Below, piece by piece: positions 1 through 18,173 of a stretch of DNA of 64,000 bases. Under the pieces are notes generated by a model. That model was not told where the DNA came from and made no database searches. It was given only the letters and a program-made list of their open reading frames with translations. The translations under genes were made by a program, and so were the position numbers. This DNA comes from the human T2T-CHM13v2.0 reference genome, Homo sapiens. Within the stretch, counting starts at the first letter, position 1; every line of letters begins with the position of its first letter. Location: NCBI RefSeq assembly GCF_009914755.1, contig NC_060942.1; one strand, written 5' to 3'.

Positions 1-60
1 ACTATTAATCTCTGTTTAACAGAAGGGTCTAAACTTGTACTACAAATCTGAGGCACATAA

Positions 61-447
<387 letters not shown>

Positions 448-962
448 TGACTAGGCTCTATCCACTGAGCACAAAGATACAAAAGAGTTCTTGCCCATCA
501 ACTGAGGTGCTGTCATCTGAAGTAGATAACCATTTTAAGTTTAGTTACTTAAATAACTGAATGCTTTAGAGAACAGGAAGTAGATGTGTCAGAATTTTGT
601 TTCTATGAAGTTTTTTTCTATTCTCTTAGGGCAAAGGTCTGCTGTAGGCTTTAACCTCATTGCTCTAGAAGAGCCTGGACAGTGACAGCCGCCATTAAGA
701 TGGGCACCATCTTCTAGAACCATGAGTGTGGTGTGATGGTTCTTCCAAAATTGCTTAGGAGAAAACAGATTTACTGTAGTCTTGTATCTTTTTTACATAT
801 ATTGTTTTCAAACAAGCAGAATGTTTTATTTTACTGACCACGGCTTAGCAGAAGCCTTTCAATTTTCTTTTTTAACATGTTTGAACAAGCAGATGAATGA
901 AATGTATTTCACAGAAACCACAAAACCCACGTCAGGTGTAAAAGTGTTTTTGTTTTTTTTAC

Positions 963-1004
963 CTGACAAGTCAAAACTGTAAGACATGCTAAGTGGCCGC
1001 ATTG
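963..1004 (-). CDS. SPIRE1: SPIRE1 42-nt cassette exon (probably exon 9): (A)MRPLSMSYSFDLS(D)
   Basis: Long U-rich tract then ttcag|CAATGC acceptor, TGTCAG|gtaaaa donor. Phase 1-1 and frame-preserving. Matches the 14-aa insert I recall distinguishing SPIRE1 isoforms. Confidence 0.93.
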
Positions 1005-1559
1005 CTGAAAAAAAGAAAACAAACAATAAAAAGAAAATAATTCAGCTGTTAGGAATATACAGAGAGGACAAAAAAGGGAACGGATTAATGAAGACCCTTA
1101 GTGGCTACATGTCAGACTCTAAGGCAGGCAGAAGCTAGTGAATGAAAATCTGAAATACATTAAAACCATGCAAGAGTCTTAGTTTCAGTTATATCACTAA
1201 GACTTCAAATGGAGGAACAATAAAAGGAAAAAGTAACTTTTTAGAAAACAAGTTAAAAATGAAAGCATGATAAAAATACAAACATTTTAAAGAATCACAG
1301 AATAAGATGTTTGACTTAAATATAGATTTTTAAAAAAGCCATGTTTTAAAACATGATTTTAGGGAACATACAACATCTTTAAAATTTCAGAGTAAATTTA
1401 TCCTTCAATAATTTATGTCAGGATGAAAATTTGGCTCTCAGAATAAAGGTGAAACAGTTCATAAAAAATTCTCAGTTCAGCTAGTTCAGCAGCATCACCA
1501 TTATGTGTTAATAAACTATCTATTGTAGGCCATATAACCTAGTAGTTGAAGGACAGGAC

Positions 1560-1755
1560 AGATTGCCTGAGTTTGAACCTCAGCTCTGCCACTAACTGGG
1601 AGTGTGACCCCAGGCAAGTTACTTAACCTCTCTGTGCTTTAGTTACTTCATCTGTAAAATGGGAATAATCCTATCTTATGGAATTGTTATAAAGATTAAA
1701 TAACTTCATGTAAAAAAGGTGCTTAGAATAGTGCTTGACACACAGTAAAAACTGA
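1560..1755 (+). repeat. MIR
   Basis: cagctctgccactaact...ggcaagttacttaacctctctgtgc...tctgtaaaatgggaataat. Confidence 0.85.
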
Positions 1756-1759
1756 ATAT

Positions 1760-2386
<627 letters not shown>

Positions 2387-2399
2387 ATTATCATTTATT

Positions 2400-2694
2400 T
2401 TCTTTCTTTTTTTTTTTTTTTGAGATGGAGTCTCACTCTATTGCCAGGCTGGAGTGCAGTGGCTGCAGTGGTGCAATCTCGGCTCACTACAACCTCTGCT
2501 TCCCAGGTTCAAGCAATCTCCCGAGTAGCTGGGATTACAGGTGCCTGCCACCAGGCCCAGCTAATTTTTGTATTTTTAGAGAGACAGGGTTTCACCATGT
2601 TGGCCAGGATGGTCTTGAACTCCTGACCTTGTGACCCGCCCGCCTCGGCCTCCCAAAGTGCTAGGATTACAGGCGTGAGCTACTGTGCCTGGCC
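2400..2694 (-). repeat. Alu (AluS)
   Basis: Poly(T) followed by antisense Alu body. Confidence 0.9.
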
Positions 2695-3906
2695 TATCAT
2701 TTCTTAAAAATGAAATTATTATTTATTTCCTGTTGAAGCACTCTGCTTTTACAATTTATGCATATAATAACCACTAAATTGTATACTTTAAATGAGTGAA
2801 TTTTATGGTATATAAATGGCGTAAAGCTCAATAAAGCTGTTAAAAAGGTTATTGCAGAGATGTGATGATTTTAGGTATTCATGACAGCGAGGATTATCTA
2901 TTTTCACTGCAGTCCAAAGCTCTTACCAGTACCTTTGCATCAAAGAGAAAACATCTTTCCTGTGACACAGGCTCAGCCTTCCTAGGATTGTTCAGAAACC
3001 AGCACATCAGACACTGATGCACAGGACTTCAGATATCCATTGGCCATTCTTCCCTTCCTCTCCAACAAAGCACAGTCTTCGTTTTCCATTCCAAAAACTA
3101 AATCTACCAGGACTTCCCATATTCTCCAAAACTGCTGAAGCCAAAGCAATGCCTCACTGAATATCGTTTGCCATATCCTTTCTTCTGTTCTTTTAAATCC
3201 TCTTCATATAAAGAGGGTAGAATAATTTGAGATGTTAATTATTTTTCCTTGTAATTTTTTTGTCACCCCATTTCACAAAGTTGGCCCCTTGGTGAAACTC
3301 TGTTGTCACCAAAGATAACCTTGCCTTCCTGGCTTTTGATTTCTGGAAGCCTGAGGTCCTGGTGGGGATTATGCCCAGTGGGGAGGGCCTTTGTGGTTGG
3401 AGACGGACACACTGCAGAGCAGCAGTAGCTTCGGAAGTACAGGCATATCAGGCACAATGTCTCTCTAGTTGCTGTTTTCCAGGGAGACAGCCTCTAGACT
3501 TCTAATACCCCAATTTAATGGAATGTAAATATGTCTCAGTGTGTATTTTAGCAGCTGGTTTTAAAGGAATAATTTTTATTTACAACCCAAAAGCTCAATA
3601 TTAAAAAAAAATGACGTGAAGGAAAAGTACTTATTTACATCCCAAGCACACATTAGCAAGATGTCAGAATCATATGTAGATGTTTTTAGATATACACACG
3701 TCAATAAAGGGGATATGCATGTTAGATGTGGCAAATAAATCAACTATTATTTAACAATCATACTTACTGTTCAAGGACTGGGAAATAATATTTTAAGTAT
3801 TTTCATCCTAATGTATAGTATGTTTTAAACAGGCATTTTACTGTGTTTTAATTATCTCATAGGAAATTGATTAGGGATTTTGTGTTGATAAGAATAATCT
3901 TCCTTG

Positions 3907-4274
<368 letters not shown>

Positions 4275-5309
4275 TCAAAAAACCGTACTTCTAAACTCCT
4301 ATATTACCTACTCTAGATTGTCCTAATTATGTATAGCAAATAAAGTATTACATATTATCACAGCACTCTTCCATCTTCTCTAATATCTTTTTATTCTGCT
4401 CTTTTTTTCTCTAGCACTTGAATATATCTTTTGAAATAAGGCTGACTACTGTGTTAAGAAGGGGATGCAATTATTTCTTGGGAGATGACATTTATATATT
4501 TTCCAATCTCTATATCAAAAAGAGGACAAAAATTGAGGATGTCAATTAAGATGTTTAGAAGAAAACAAATGATCAGAGACATGAACAAAGACTGATGTAC
4601 AAGAATAGTAATTTCAGACTTACTAGGAAAAAATAGAAAAAGCTTGTGAATCAGGAAAATAGGTAAATAAAACCCAATTTAGCCATCTGTTAGGAGATCA
4701 CATCCTTATAAATCGTATTTGGAGTCATATTTAATGACATAGGAAGATGGTCATGCCAAATAAACCATTAGATGCAGATAACAAAGTACTGTATATACAC
4801 AGTTTTCATCCTCATTTTGTAATGCACAAGTAAATTCACAGTGGATGCCTCCGGCTGTTGTTATTATGGGTAACATTTTCATCTTTAAACATTCAGGCAT
4901 TTTTGCCATTGCTGCATTGAGCTCCTACTTGCAATTACATGTAGGGGAAAGTGATACAAATATTTAGGGAAACTTTTCTTCAAGTTAATTCTGCCAATAT
5001 TATCAGAACTGAACTCCCCAAAGCAAAACTGTATAGTAAGAACCAATGTAGTTCTGTAGAAAAAATGACCAAAATCCCTTACTTTACAATTAGGGTTTAA
5101 TATCCATTTGAACTCGGAATTCTAGAAGTAACACTCTCACAGAACAATATCTTTCTGTAACAGCTCAATTCTGGTGGTTGTGAAATACCAATTGTCAAGG
5201 TTAAAATAAAGACATACTTAACATAAAAATGTTATTTAATTATTCTAAAGTAGGGTTCCCATTAGCAACTACATATAATTTTAAAAAGTGAAACTGAAGA
5301 ATATGGCTT

Positions 5310-6498
5310 GCTATGAGAGATTGAATCACTCATCAAAAAGCTCCCCAACAAAGGCAGGTTCAGGACCAGATGGATTCACTGGTGAATTCTACCAAATATT
5401 GAAAGAAGAATTAATGCCAATCCCTCTCAAGCTCTTTCAAAACACTGAAGATGAGAGAACACTTCTAATTTTGTTTTACGAGGCCAAAACCCCCAAAATT
5501 ACAGGCTAAAATCCTTAATGAATATAGATTCAAAATTCTGAACAAAATACTAGCAAACTGAATCCATCAGCACAATAAAAGGATCATACATCATGACCAA
5601 GTGGGATTCATCCCTGGGATGCAAGGACAGCTTAACACATGAAAATCAATTAACATGATACACCACCGTAACAGAATAAAGAATAAAAATCACATGATCA
5701 TTTCAAATGCAGAGAAAGCATGTGACAAAATTCAACACCTTTTCAAAATAAAAACACTCAACAAATTAGGAATAGAAGGAAATTACCTCAACATAATAAA
5801 GGCCACATATGGAAAGCTGACAGCTAACATCATACTCAATAAGGGAAAACTGAAAGCTTTTCCTCCAAAATCAGGAACAAGGCAAGGATGACCACTTCTA
5901 TATTCAACATAGTACTGGTAGTTCTAGCCAGAGCAGTTAGGCAAAAAAAGAAATAAAAGGCATCCAATTGGAAAGAAAGTAATAAAAGTGTCCCTGTTTG
6001 CAGATGACATGATCTTACAGATAGAAAACTCCATAAAAATTTTTTTCAATACACTAACAACAAAAAGACAATCCCATTGACAACAGCACCAAAAAGAATA
6101 AAATATCTAGGAGTAAATTTAATAAGGAGGTAAAAGACTTATATACAAAAACTATGAGACAGAAACAAATGGAAGAATAATATTCATGAATTGAAAGACT
6201 TACTGTTAACATGTGAATACTACCCAAAGCTATATACAGATCCAATAGAATCCCCAAGAAAATCCTAATGGTATTTTTTACAGAAGTAGAAGATAATCCT
6301 AAAATTCCTATGGAACCACAAAAGACAATGAATAGCCAATCAATCTTGAGAAAGAATAACAAAGCCAGAGACATCACACTTTCTGATCTTACAATATATT
6401 ATAAAGTTACAATAACAAAAACAGCATGGTACTGGCAAACAACAGTGGAACAGAACAAAGAGTCCAGAAATGAACCCACACATATACAGTCAACTGAT
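5310..6498 (+). mobile_element. Old L1 (L1M) ORF2 reverse-transcriptase fragments
   Basis: Peptides [49 protein letters not shown] and YYKVTITKTAWYW, with frameshifts and deletions. Confidence 0.9.
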
Positions 6499-8074
6499 CT
6501 TTTTTTTTTCTTTCTTTCTTTCTATGGAATCTTGGTTCACCCAGGCTAGAGTGGAGTGGTGCAATCACAGCTCACTACAGCCTTGATCTCCTGGGCTCAA
6601 GTGATCCACTCTGAAGCTTTGTCACCAGAAAGTACATTTAATTATTTCAACCCATGAGAGTACTCTGTACAGCCCAGTGCTGTACTAGGGACACAACAAC
6701 GAACAAGACAGACATGGGCCCTGTCATCACGAAGGTCACACAACAGAAGGGTCAGGATTAAACAAGGAAAATCAATATGGAATGGTGGAAGAATTCAAGA
6801 CTGGAAGCAGGAGGACAATCAGTGCTGCTGCGACAGATGACAGCCTCGGCTGGGATAGTGGCTGCTGGGCTGAGAAGAGTAGAAGATTAAAAAGATCCAG
6901 AGGAAGTAAAATCAACAGGGGTTGGCCATCGGGTAAGAGTCAAAGATTATGTTAAGGTTTCTACATTGGGAAAACAAAATGCAATGGTTTGGGGAGAGAC
7001 AGGATGAGTTCACTTGTGGAAATATTGGGTTTGTCTTGCTTGTAGGATATGATAAGGCTCTATCTAGCAGACAGCTGGACGTATGAGTCTGCATTTTTAC
7101 AGATCTGCAATGTAGACTGTGAGCTGGAAGGTAGTCAGAAACAAAAACCATGGAAGAGGGTATGGTTGCTTAGGGAGAACAGAAGCCAGGATAGAAACTT
7201 TGAAGTCCAAGAGTCTGAAAAAGGCAGAAGAAGAGATCAGAGGAGAAAACTAGCAGAGTGGGGGTCACAAAACCAGATCCTTTCCTGTTAAGGTACCACT
7301 ATAGACCGTTTTCGTAAAGGCAGTTTCTCTGGATTCTTTGGGCATTTTTAGTCTTACAAACTGAAAGACAGTCGTATAAATAAAAATGTTTACAGACATC
7401 TTATAATATGGCCTTCCTATAAATCAAAATCAATATGTGCTTGTAGTATACACTAAAAAATAAAAAATAATAACTGTAAAGGAAGTTTAGAAATAAGTTA
7501 AGTAATATCCGGTAATAACATGCTTTCATGACATAATATTACGGGTATCTTTAAACCCATAATAAACAAACATAAGGTAAAACTGTACATCTATCATCTA
7601 TATTTTTAAAATATAATACGTTATCTTTGTATATGCAATACAATTTATAAAGTATTTTTTTACCATAATCCTATTTAATTCTTACATAAAACTCATAATG
7701 TAGGTTAAGAGGAATTTTTATCCCCCTTCTGCCAATGAAGAAAATGATGCTCAGAGAGGTAAAGAGACTTTCCTAAAACCTCAGCCTAGAGACTGGCAGA
7801 GCTCTTTCAATTACGGCACGATGTTCTCATATAGTTCAGTATTAGATAGGCGGAAGGATTTCCCACCCTATAAATTTCAAGTAAGTGTGAGGGGGTATGT
7901 ATATGAGAGAGTGAGAGGGGGTATGTATACGAGAGAGTGAGAGGGAGAACAAGTGAGTGAGATACAGAGAAATGAACAAGGAATGAGAACTCTTTACTTT
8001 CATGGGGCTGGGTGTATAAAGATCCTTTTCCCAGGGGATGACTCTAGACTGAGTACAGGAAGCAGTGGACTCAC

Positions 8075-8204
8075 CTAATCTGCTACGTCTAATCTCCTCT
8101 GGTGATACAGGCCGCAGCTTTCTTTCTGCTTTAATTTCTTCTAATATTCTTTCATGGAGGCTCCGTGGCCGTGGTGGAGTTGGTTTCAGTTTTCTGGCTG
8201 AGAC
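8075..8204 (-). CDS. SPIRE1: SPIRE1 coding exon (probably exon 8), 130 nt, WH2-D: [43 protein letters not shown]
   Basis: ttcaag|GTCTCA acceptor, GATTAG|gtgagt donor. Phase 0-1. Confidence 0.97.
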
Positions 8205-8320
8205 CTTGAAAGTAAGAAAAATGGCTAAAGACTTCAGTAATTAAGTAATTTTTACTGAAGTCTAGTCATACAGTACAGTATTATAAATTACATTTCATTG
8301 ACTGGAACACTGCTTGATAA

Positions 8321-9210
<890 letters not shown>

Positions 9211-9550
9211 AGTGCTGTGAACACCCCGCTCTACTGTTTTTAAAACTAACATTTTTTAGTAACCACCCATAACCTTCTTAGATTGTTATTATCTTCATTT
9301 TATAATTGAGGAAATAAAGGCTCTGGGAGGCTGATTAGCTCCCTCAGAGATACGTGGCTGCTAAATTGTGGAGCCAGTGTTCAAGTCCAGGTTCACATGG
9401 TCCATGCTCCTTCTGTTCTACCATGACCTACCATCCTACCATGACCACTCTGGCCTGGGAGACACAGTGAGACTGTGTCTCAGAAACAAAAATAATATAA
9501 TTTACAGCTGGGCTTCATCTTCAGAGTAAAAAGCTCAGAGAAAAAACCTC

Positions 9551-10076
<526 letters not shown>

Positions 10077-10610
10077 CTAGGTAGCCCTCTTTGCCTTCTT
10101 TAAAAAAGATTTATAAAAAGGATCATTAATTATGCTTTAGTTGTATACAAACTGAGAAATACTATTCACTTTCTAGTTACTTTATGTACACTGTTTTGAG
10201 AGGCTTTGGTGAGCACTGGCTATTGAGCCGGGTAAAAAAGAAATAAGGAACAGAAGAAACACAAACCAATGTTCCAACAGATTAGAATATTCTGAGTCTA
10301 TGGTTGCTAGAAAGAACTCTGTTAACAGAGGAACATGATAATTAACATAGAAATGGATGTACAGCAGGTGGATTTATTATAAAATATGTCAATATGACAA
10401 TTTAATCAAGGAGGGGTAGGTTGCATCCTATAGTAAACTGGAAGGACAATCCATAACAGGACTATCCAGTAATATATTTAGCTGTTATCTAGGAGGTATA
10501 TGACCAGATTTTGCACCATGACCCAGGTTGTTTTGAGTAAAAGTATCCTAAGACAGCCTTGTATTAAATAATTTTAAGATTTTTCAGTGACTTAAGAATA
10601 TAATTTACAA

Positions 10611-10872
10611 GGCCAGCTGTAGTGGCTCATGTCTGTAATCCCAACACTTCAGGAGGCTGAAGTGGGAGGACTGCTTGAGGCCAGGAGTTTGAGACCAGCG
10701 TGGGCAACATGGCAAAACCACATCTCCACAAAAAATTTAAAAAGTTAGCCTGGGCATGGTGGTGCACACCTGTGGTCCCAGCTACTTGGGAGGCTGAGGT
10801 GGGAGGATCACTTGAGTCCCAGGGGTCACTCCAGCCTGGGTGACACAGTGAAACTCTGTCTTAAAAACAAAA
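10611..10872 (+). repeat. AluJ with internal deletion in the right arm
   Basis: aggggt|cactccagcc junction. TSD-like tataatttaca on both sides. Confidence 0.9.
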
Positions 10873-11019
10873 AATATAATTTACAGCTGGGCTTCATCTT
10901 CAGAGTAAAAAGCTCAGAGGAAAAACCACCTAGGAAAGCTGAGTTCTAGAGATGACACCCTAGAGTAGAATAATTCATTATGATATCTCCAATCTAGAGA
11001 ACTATGTCGAATTACATAC

Positions 11020-11106
11020 TGGATTTAAAGGAGGTCTGGATCTGATGAAGTCGAGGATGATTTCATGAGCACTCTTTTTTAACCGAGGGGGAATATCACC
11101 ATTCAC
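11020..11106 (-). CDS. SPIRE1: SPIRE1 coding exon (probably exon 7), 87 nt, WH2-C: [29 protein letters not shown]
   Basis: ttttag|GTGAAT acceptor, AATCCA|gtatgt donor. Phase 0-0. Confidence 0.96.
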
Positions 11107-11454
11107 CTAAAAGGAGACAAAAAGCAGAAGATTCATGTGACTATATAAGACTATCATGAATTTCTGGGTATAGCTGTTATCTCAAATATGCCATAAAATT
11201 AGTGAAGTGTAATTACCAAGGATACATTTCAAATCAATAAAGTGGGGAGTAAATGGCTGAGTGATTCAGAGGAAAGACTGTGAAATTGAAGAAAATCCAA
11301 GTTTACTTTAATTCTATCACTTTGTGAAATTTCAACAAAAAGTTTCTAAAATTATGAATGTAAATGGAATAAATAATACTTGAACTTATTCAGTATTTTA
11401 TGATTTAAAAAACTTTTTACCTCTTATTTTCCTCCTTGTAAAAAAAACCTAGGT

Positions 11455-12172
<718 letters not shown>

Positions 12173-13032
12173 CTAAAGCACAGAGCAGAGGATATCTGCC
12201 TCCATCCACAAAACTTTTAAGTAGAAGAGCTATTGTGGAGGACCAGTCTGTCTCTGATTCTACTCTAATGTCCTCTCTTTTTAATGCAATGTGTTAAAAA
12301 CAATTTTTTTTAGAAATTTTTTTTTTAAACCCAGAAAACCACAAGAAGCAACAACTTAAATTCCCATTCTGACCACTTAGAAGGCACAGTCATGACCAGT
12401 TTGTCCTGTTTGTTTCCTGGTCTTGTTTGACAAAATAGAACCTCAATGGCCACTCCTATGCCCTGTCCCTTCCCCAGACGTGACCACATATTGAGTTCAG
12501 AGTGTGTGGCAAGCCTGCTGGGGCCTACTCAACATCCACTCTCCTCTTCCTCCCTATGCTAGTCCTCCCTCTCCCCCAGTCCTGAATGAGGGCAGGATGG
12601 CCCAGAGCAAGCTTCAGGAATAACTGCTGCTGCTTGAGCCAAGCCAGGCATATGACTGCTAGTTTAAGGAGGGTGATCGAGAAGCAGAACCAGTGGCCTA
12701 ACCTGGCACCACCCACTACTTGTGGATTTCATATTATGTAGATTAAAAAAAACCTTATTTCATAAAACAGTTTAATCAGACTTTTCTATTACTCACTAGT
12801 CTACTACTGAATAACATGTATCTTTCTGGCTAATTTTCACATGCTTTCTTTGTATCCTAAGAGCAGGAATGAGAATGGATTAACTGAGGCCAACCCTATA
12901 CGTTCCATTCCCAAAACAAGCACATTAACTGTAGTCTCCTCAGTAGTCAGAAGCTGTATCCTGGGTCCCAATTACAGATGTGGGACAATGCTCCTGAGGG
13001 AGGCAGCAGGCCATTATGGACCTAAGTCAGTA

Positions 13033-13216
13033 CGGGTGGAGGAAGCTCCCTTATCCAAATGCTTGGGACTAGAGTGTTTCAGATTTTTCAATATTTACAT
13101 TATACTTATCAAAAAATCTGAAATGTTCCAATGAGAATGTCTTTTGAGTATCATACTGGCCCTCAAAAAGTTTGCTGGAGCACTTCAGATGTCCAGGTTT
13201 GTGACGCTAAACCTGT
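13033..13216 (+). mobile_element. Tigger4a/MER46-like MITE
   Basis: cccttatccaaatgcttgggactagagtgtttcagattt...ctcaaaaagttt...aacctg|ta. Confidence 0.7.
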
Positions 13217-13414
13217 ATAAGGATAAGTGGTTGTGTGAAAACCATTTTGCTGCTGGGTCAGTTAAATTATTTTCCTGTAAGTAAACAAGCTCTCTGAAGC
13301 AAAATGAGAAATGATTCCTGGATGAACACAAATAGTAGATGCTTAAATAAATAAGATCAGTTATAGAAATTTGGTATTATTTTTGAGCAACAATGCCTTA
13401 AACAAGCAAAAAAC

Positions 13415-14068
13415 TTTTTTGTATTTTACTTAGTAGAGATGGGGTTTCACCATGTTGGCCAGGCTGGTCTTGAACTCCTGACCTCAGGTGATCCGTCCAC
13501 CTCGGCCTCCTAAAGTGCTGGGATTTCAGGTGTGAGTCTGGGCGCCCGGCCCAACAAAAAACTTCTAACACATAAAATGATCTCCTCTGAAAAATTTAAA
13601 ACGTCTACCCTGTACTCAATCTTGTTTCTGAAATAATTTTCTTTTTTTGCGACACGGGCTTGTTCTATGACCCAGGTTGGAGTGCAGTGGCGTGATCACA
13701 GCTCACTGCCGTCTTGACCTCCCAGGCTCAAGCGATCCCTCCACCTCAGCCTCCTGAGTAGCTGGGACTACAGGTGTGAACCACCATCCCCAGCTAGTTT
13801 TTAATTTTTTGTAGAATTGGGGGTCTATGTTGCCTAGGCTGGTCTTGAATGTTCAGACTCAAGCGATCCTAGCACTTGGCCTTCCAGTGTTGGGATTACA
13901 GGTGTAATCCCAACTGCACCCTGCCCATTTATTTATTTATTTATTTTTATGGAGATGGGGTCTCACTAAGTTGCCCAGGCTACTCTCAAACTCCTGGGCT
14001 CAAGCAATCTTCCTGCCTTGGCCTCCCACAAAGGGTTGGATTGCAGGCATGAGCCACTGTGTCTGGCC
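13415..14068 (-). repeat. Antisense Alu cluster (left arm, AluJ, FLAM)
   Basis: Alu motifs at 13415-13552, 13620-13925 and 13927-14068. Confidence 0.85.
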
Positions 14069-14213
14069 TTTTATTTTTATCTTAAATAAAACAGAACCAT
14101 TAATGATGACATAAGACCACAGCTAATAATCTACAAAACCAAGTTATAGTTTAGTGACTGATATTGGTCCCCTAATGAAATTTCAAGAAGTGTGAGGTTA
14201 GGGCCAAACATCC

Positions 14214-16320
<2,107 letters not shown>

Positions 16321-16384
16321 TATATAATAAATGGGTACATGGGTATATATAATAAAAAAGAAAACTGGAAGAAAAAAGTCAGAC

Positions 16385-16977
16385 TTTTTTTGTTTGTTTG
16401 TTTTTGAGACAGAGTCTCGCTCTGCCGTCACGCTGGAGTACCAGTGGCGCGATCTCAGCTAACTGCGACTGCGCCTCCCGAGTTCAAGCAATTCTCCTAC
16501 CTCAGCCTCCCGAGTGGCTGGGACTACAGGCACATGCCACCACACCCAGCTAATTTTTGTAGTTTTAATAGAGACGGGGTTTGACCATGGTGGCCAGGAT
16601 GGTCTCAATCTCTTGACCTTGTGTTCCGCACGCCTCGGCCTCCCAAAGTGTTGGGATTACAGGCATGAGCCATGGCGCCTGGCCCAGGTGTGGTGGCTCA
16701 TGCCTATAATCCTAGCACTTTGGAAGGCGGAGGTGAGAGGACTGCTTGAGCCCAGGAGTTCAAGACCAGCCTGGGCAACATAGCAAGAACCTGCCTCTAC
16801 AAAAAATTAAAAGGAATTGCCATATGTGGTGGTGCACACTTGTAGTCCCAGCTACTCAGGAGGCTGAGATGGGTGGATTGCTTGAGCTGGGGAGGTTAAG
16901 ACTGTGGTGAGCCGTGATCATGCCACTGCACTCCAGCCCAGGCGACAGAGCAAGACCCTGTGTCAATCAATCAATAA
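16385..16977. repeat. Head-to-head Alu pair (minus 16385-16684, plus 16681-16977)
   Basis: ...ggcgcctggcc caggtgtggtggctca... with essentially no spacer. Confidence 0.9.
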
Positions 16978-17828
16978 ATGTCTTTTATTTACCACAGGAG
17001 AAACGTAATTATTTATGCTAGCAAACATTTTCCATTTTGGATGCACAGTTCTTTGTCATTCTATCACACACCATTACTTCCCTAAGCCTCATCTAGGGTG
17101 CTTATAACATACAGATTCCTAGACTCTAGCTGAGGACTGTTAAATCAGCAACTTCGAAAGGAACCTATAATTCTTAGTATCAAACAGGTTGACTACTATT
17201 TAGCACAATTATTTTTTCTGATAAAAAGAGAAAGGTTCTTGCAGTGTAAAACTCTGCTAAAAACTAAGAAAAACAAAAAACAAAAAAGATTTAGCAATAT
17301 CAAAGATGACAGTTAAAATACATTAATGATAAATCAAATAGAAATGTTAATTATCTACTAAGACTTATTTTAACACTGATATGAATTTTTGAATAATTCC
17401 TTCTGGATAAGGAGGAAAATCACCTAAGATTAACATTAAGTGCTCCCCCAATCAGAAAGGACAAAGTTCAAATAAGTACACATTTTTGAGAAAGATAACA
17501 TTACCCAGTATTGGCAATAGGAACGGTCTTGCAAAACTAGTAAAAATGTAAATTCGTACAACCCTTCTGGAGAGAACTCTTGCAAAATATTAAGTACTAA
17601 AATTTAAAATATACATTATAAAAGAAGCAATAAAATGTGCATTATATTGATCTATTCATCTCACCAATAAAAATTTAAACCATGGGGATAATTGGGTAAG
17701 ATGTTTGCATTTGGATGTTCATCATAATATGGATTAAAACAATGAAAACTGGAAACTATCAAATATCTATTAATAGGGGGCTGGGTACACAAGCCACGGC
17801 ACACACATACAAGGAAATACCCCATGTG

Positions 17829-18173
<345 letters not shown>

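Noticed and set aside
5288-6549. Reverse-transcriptase-like ORFs as a novel RT system
   Set aside because: Fragmented L1 ORF2 with deletions and no intact frame.
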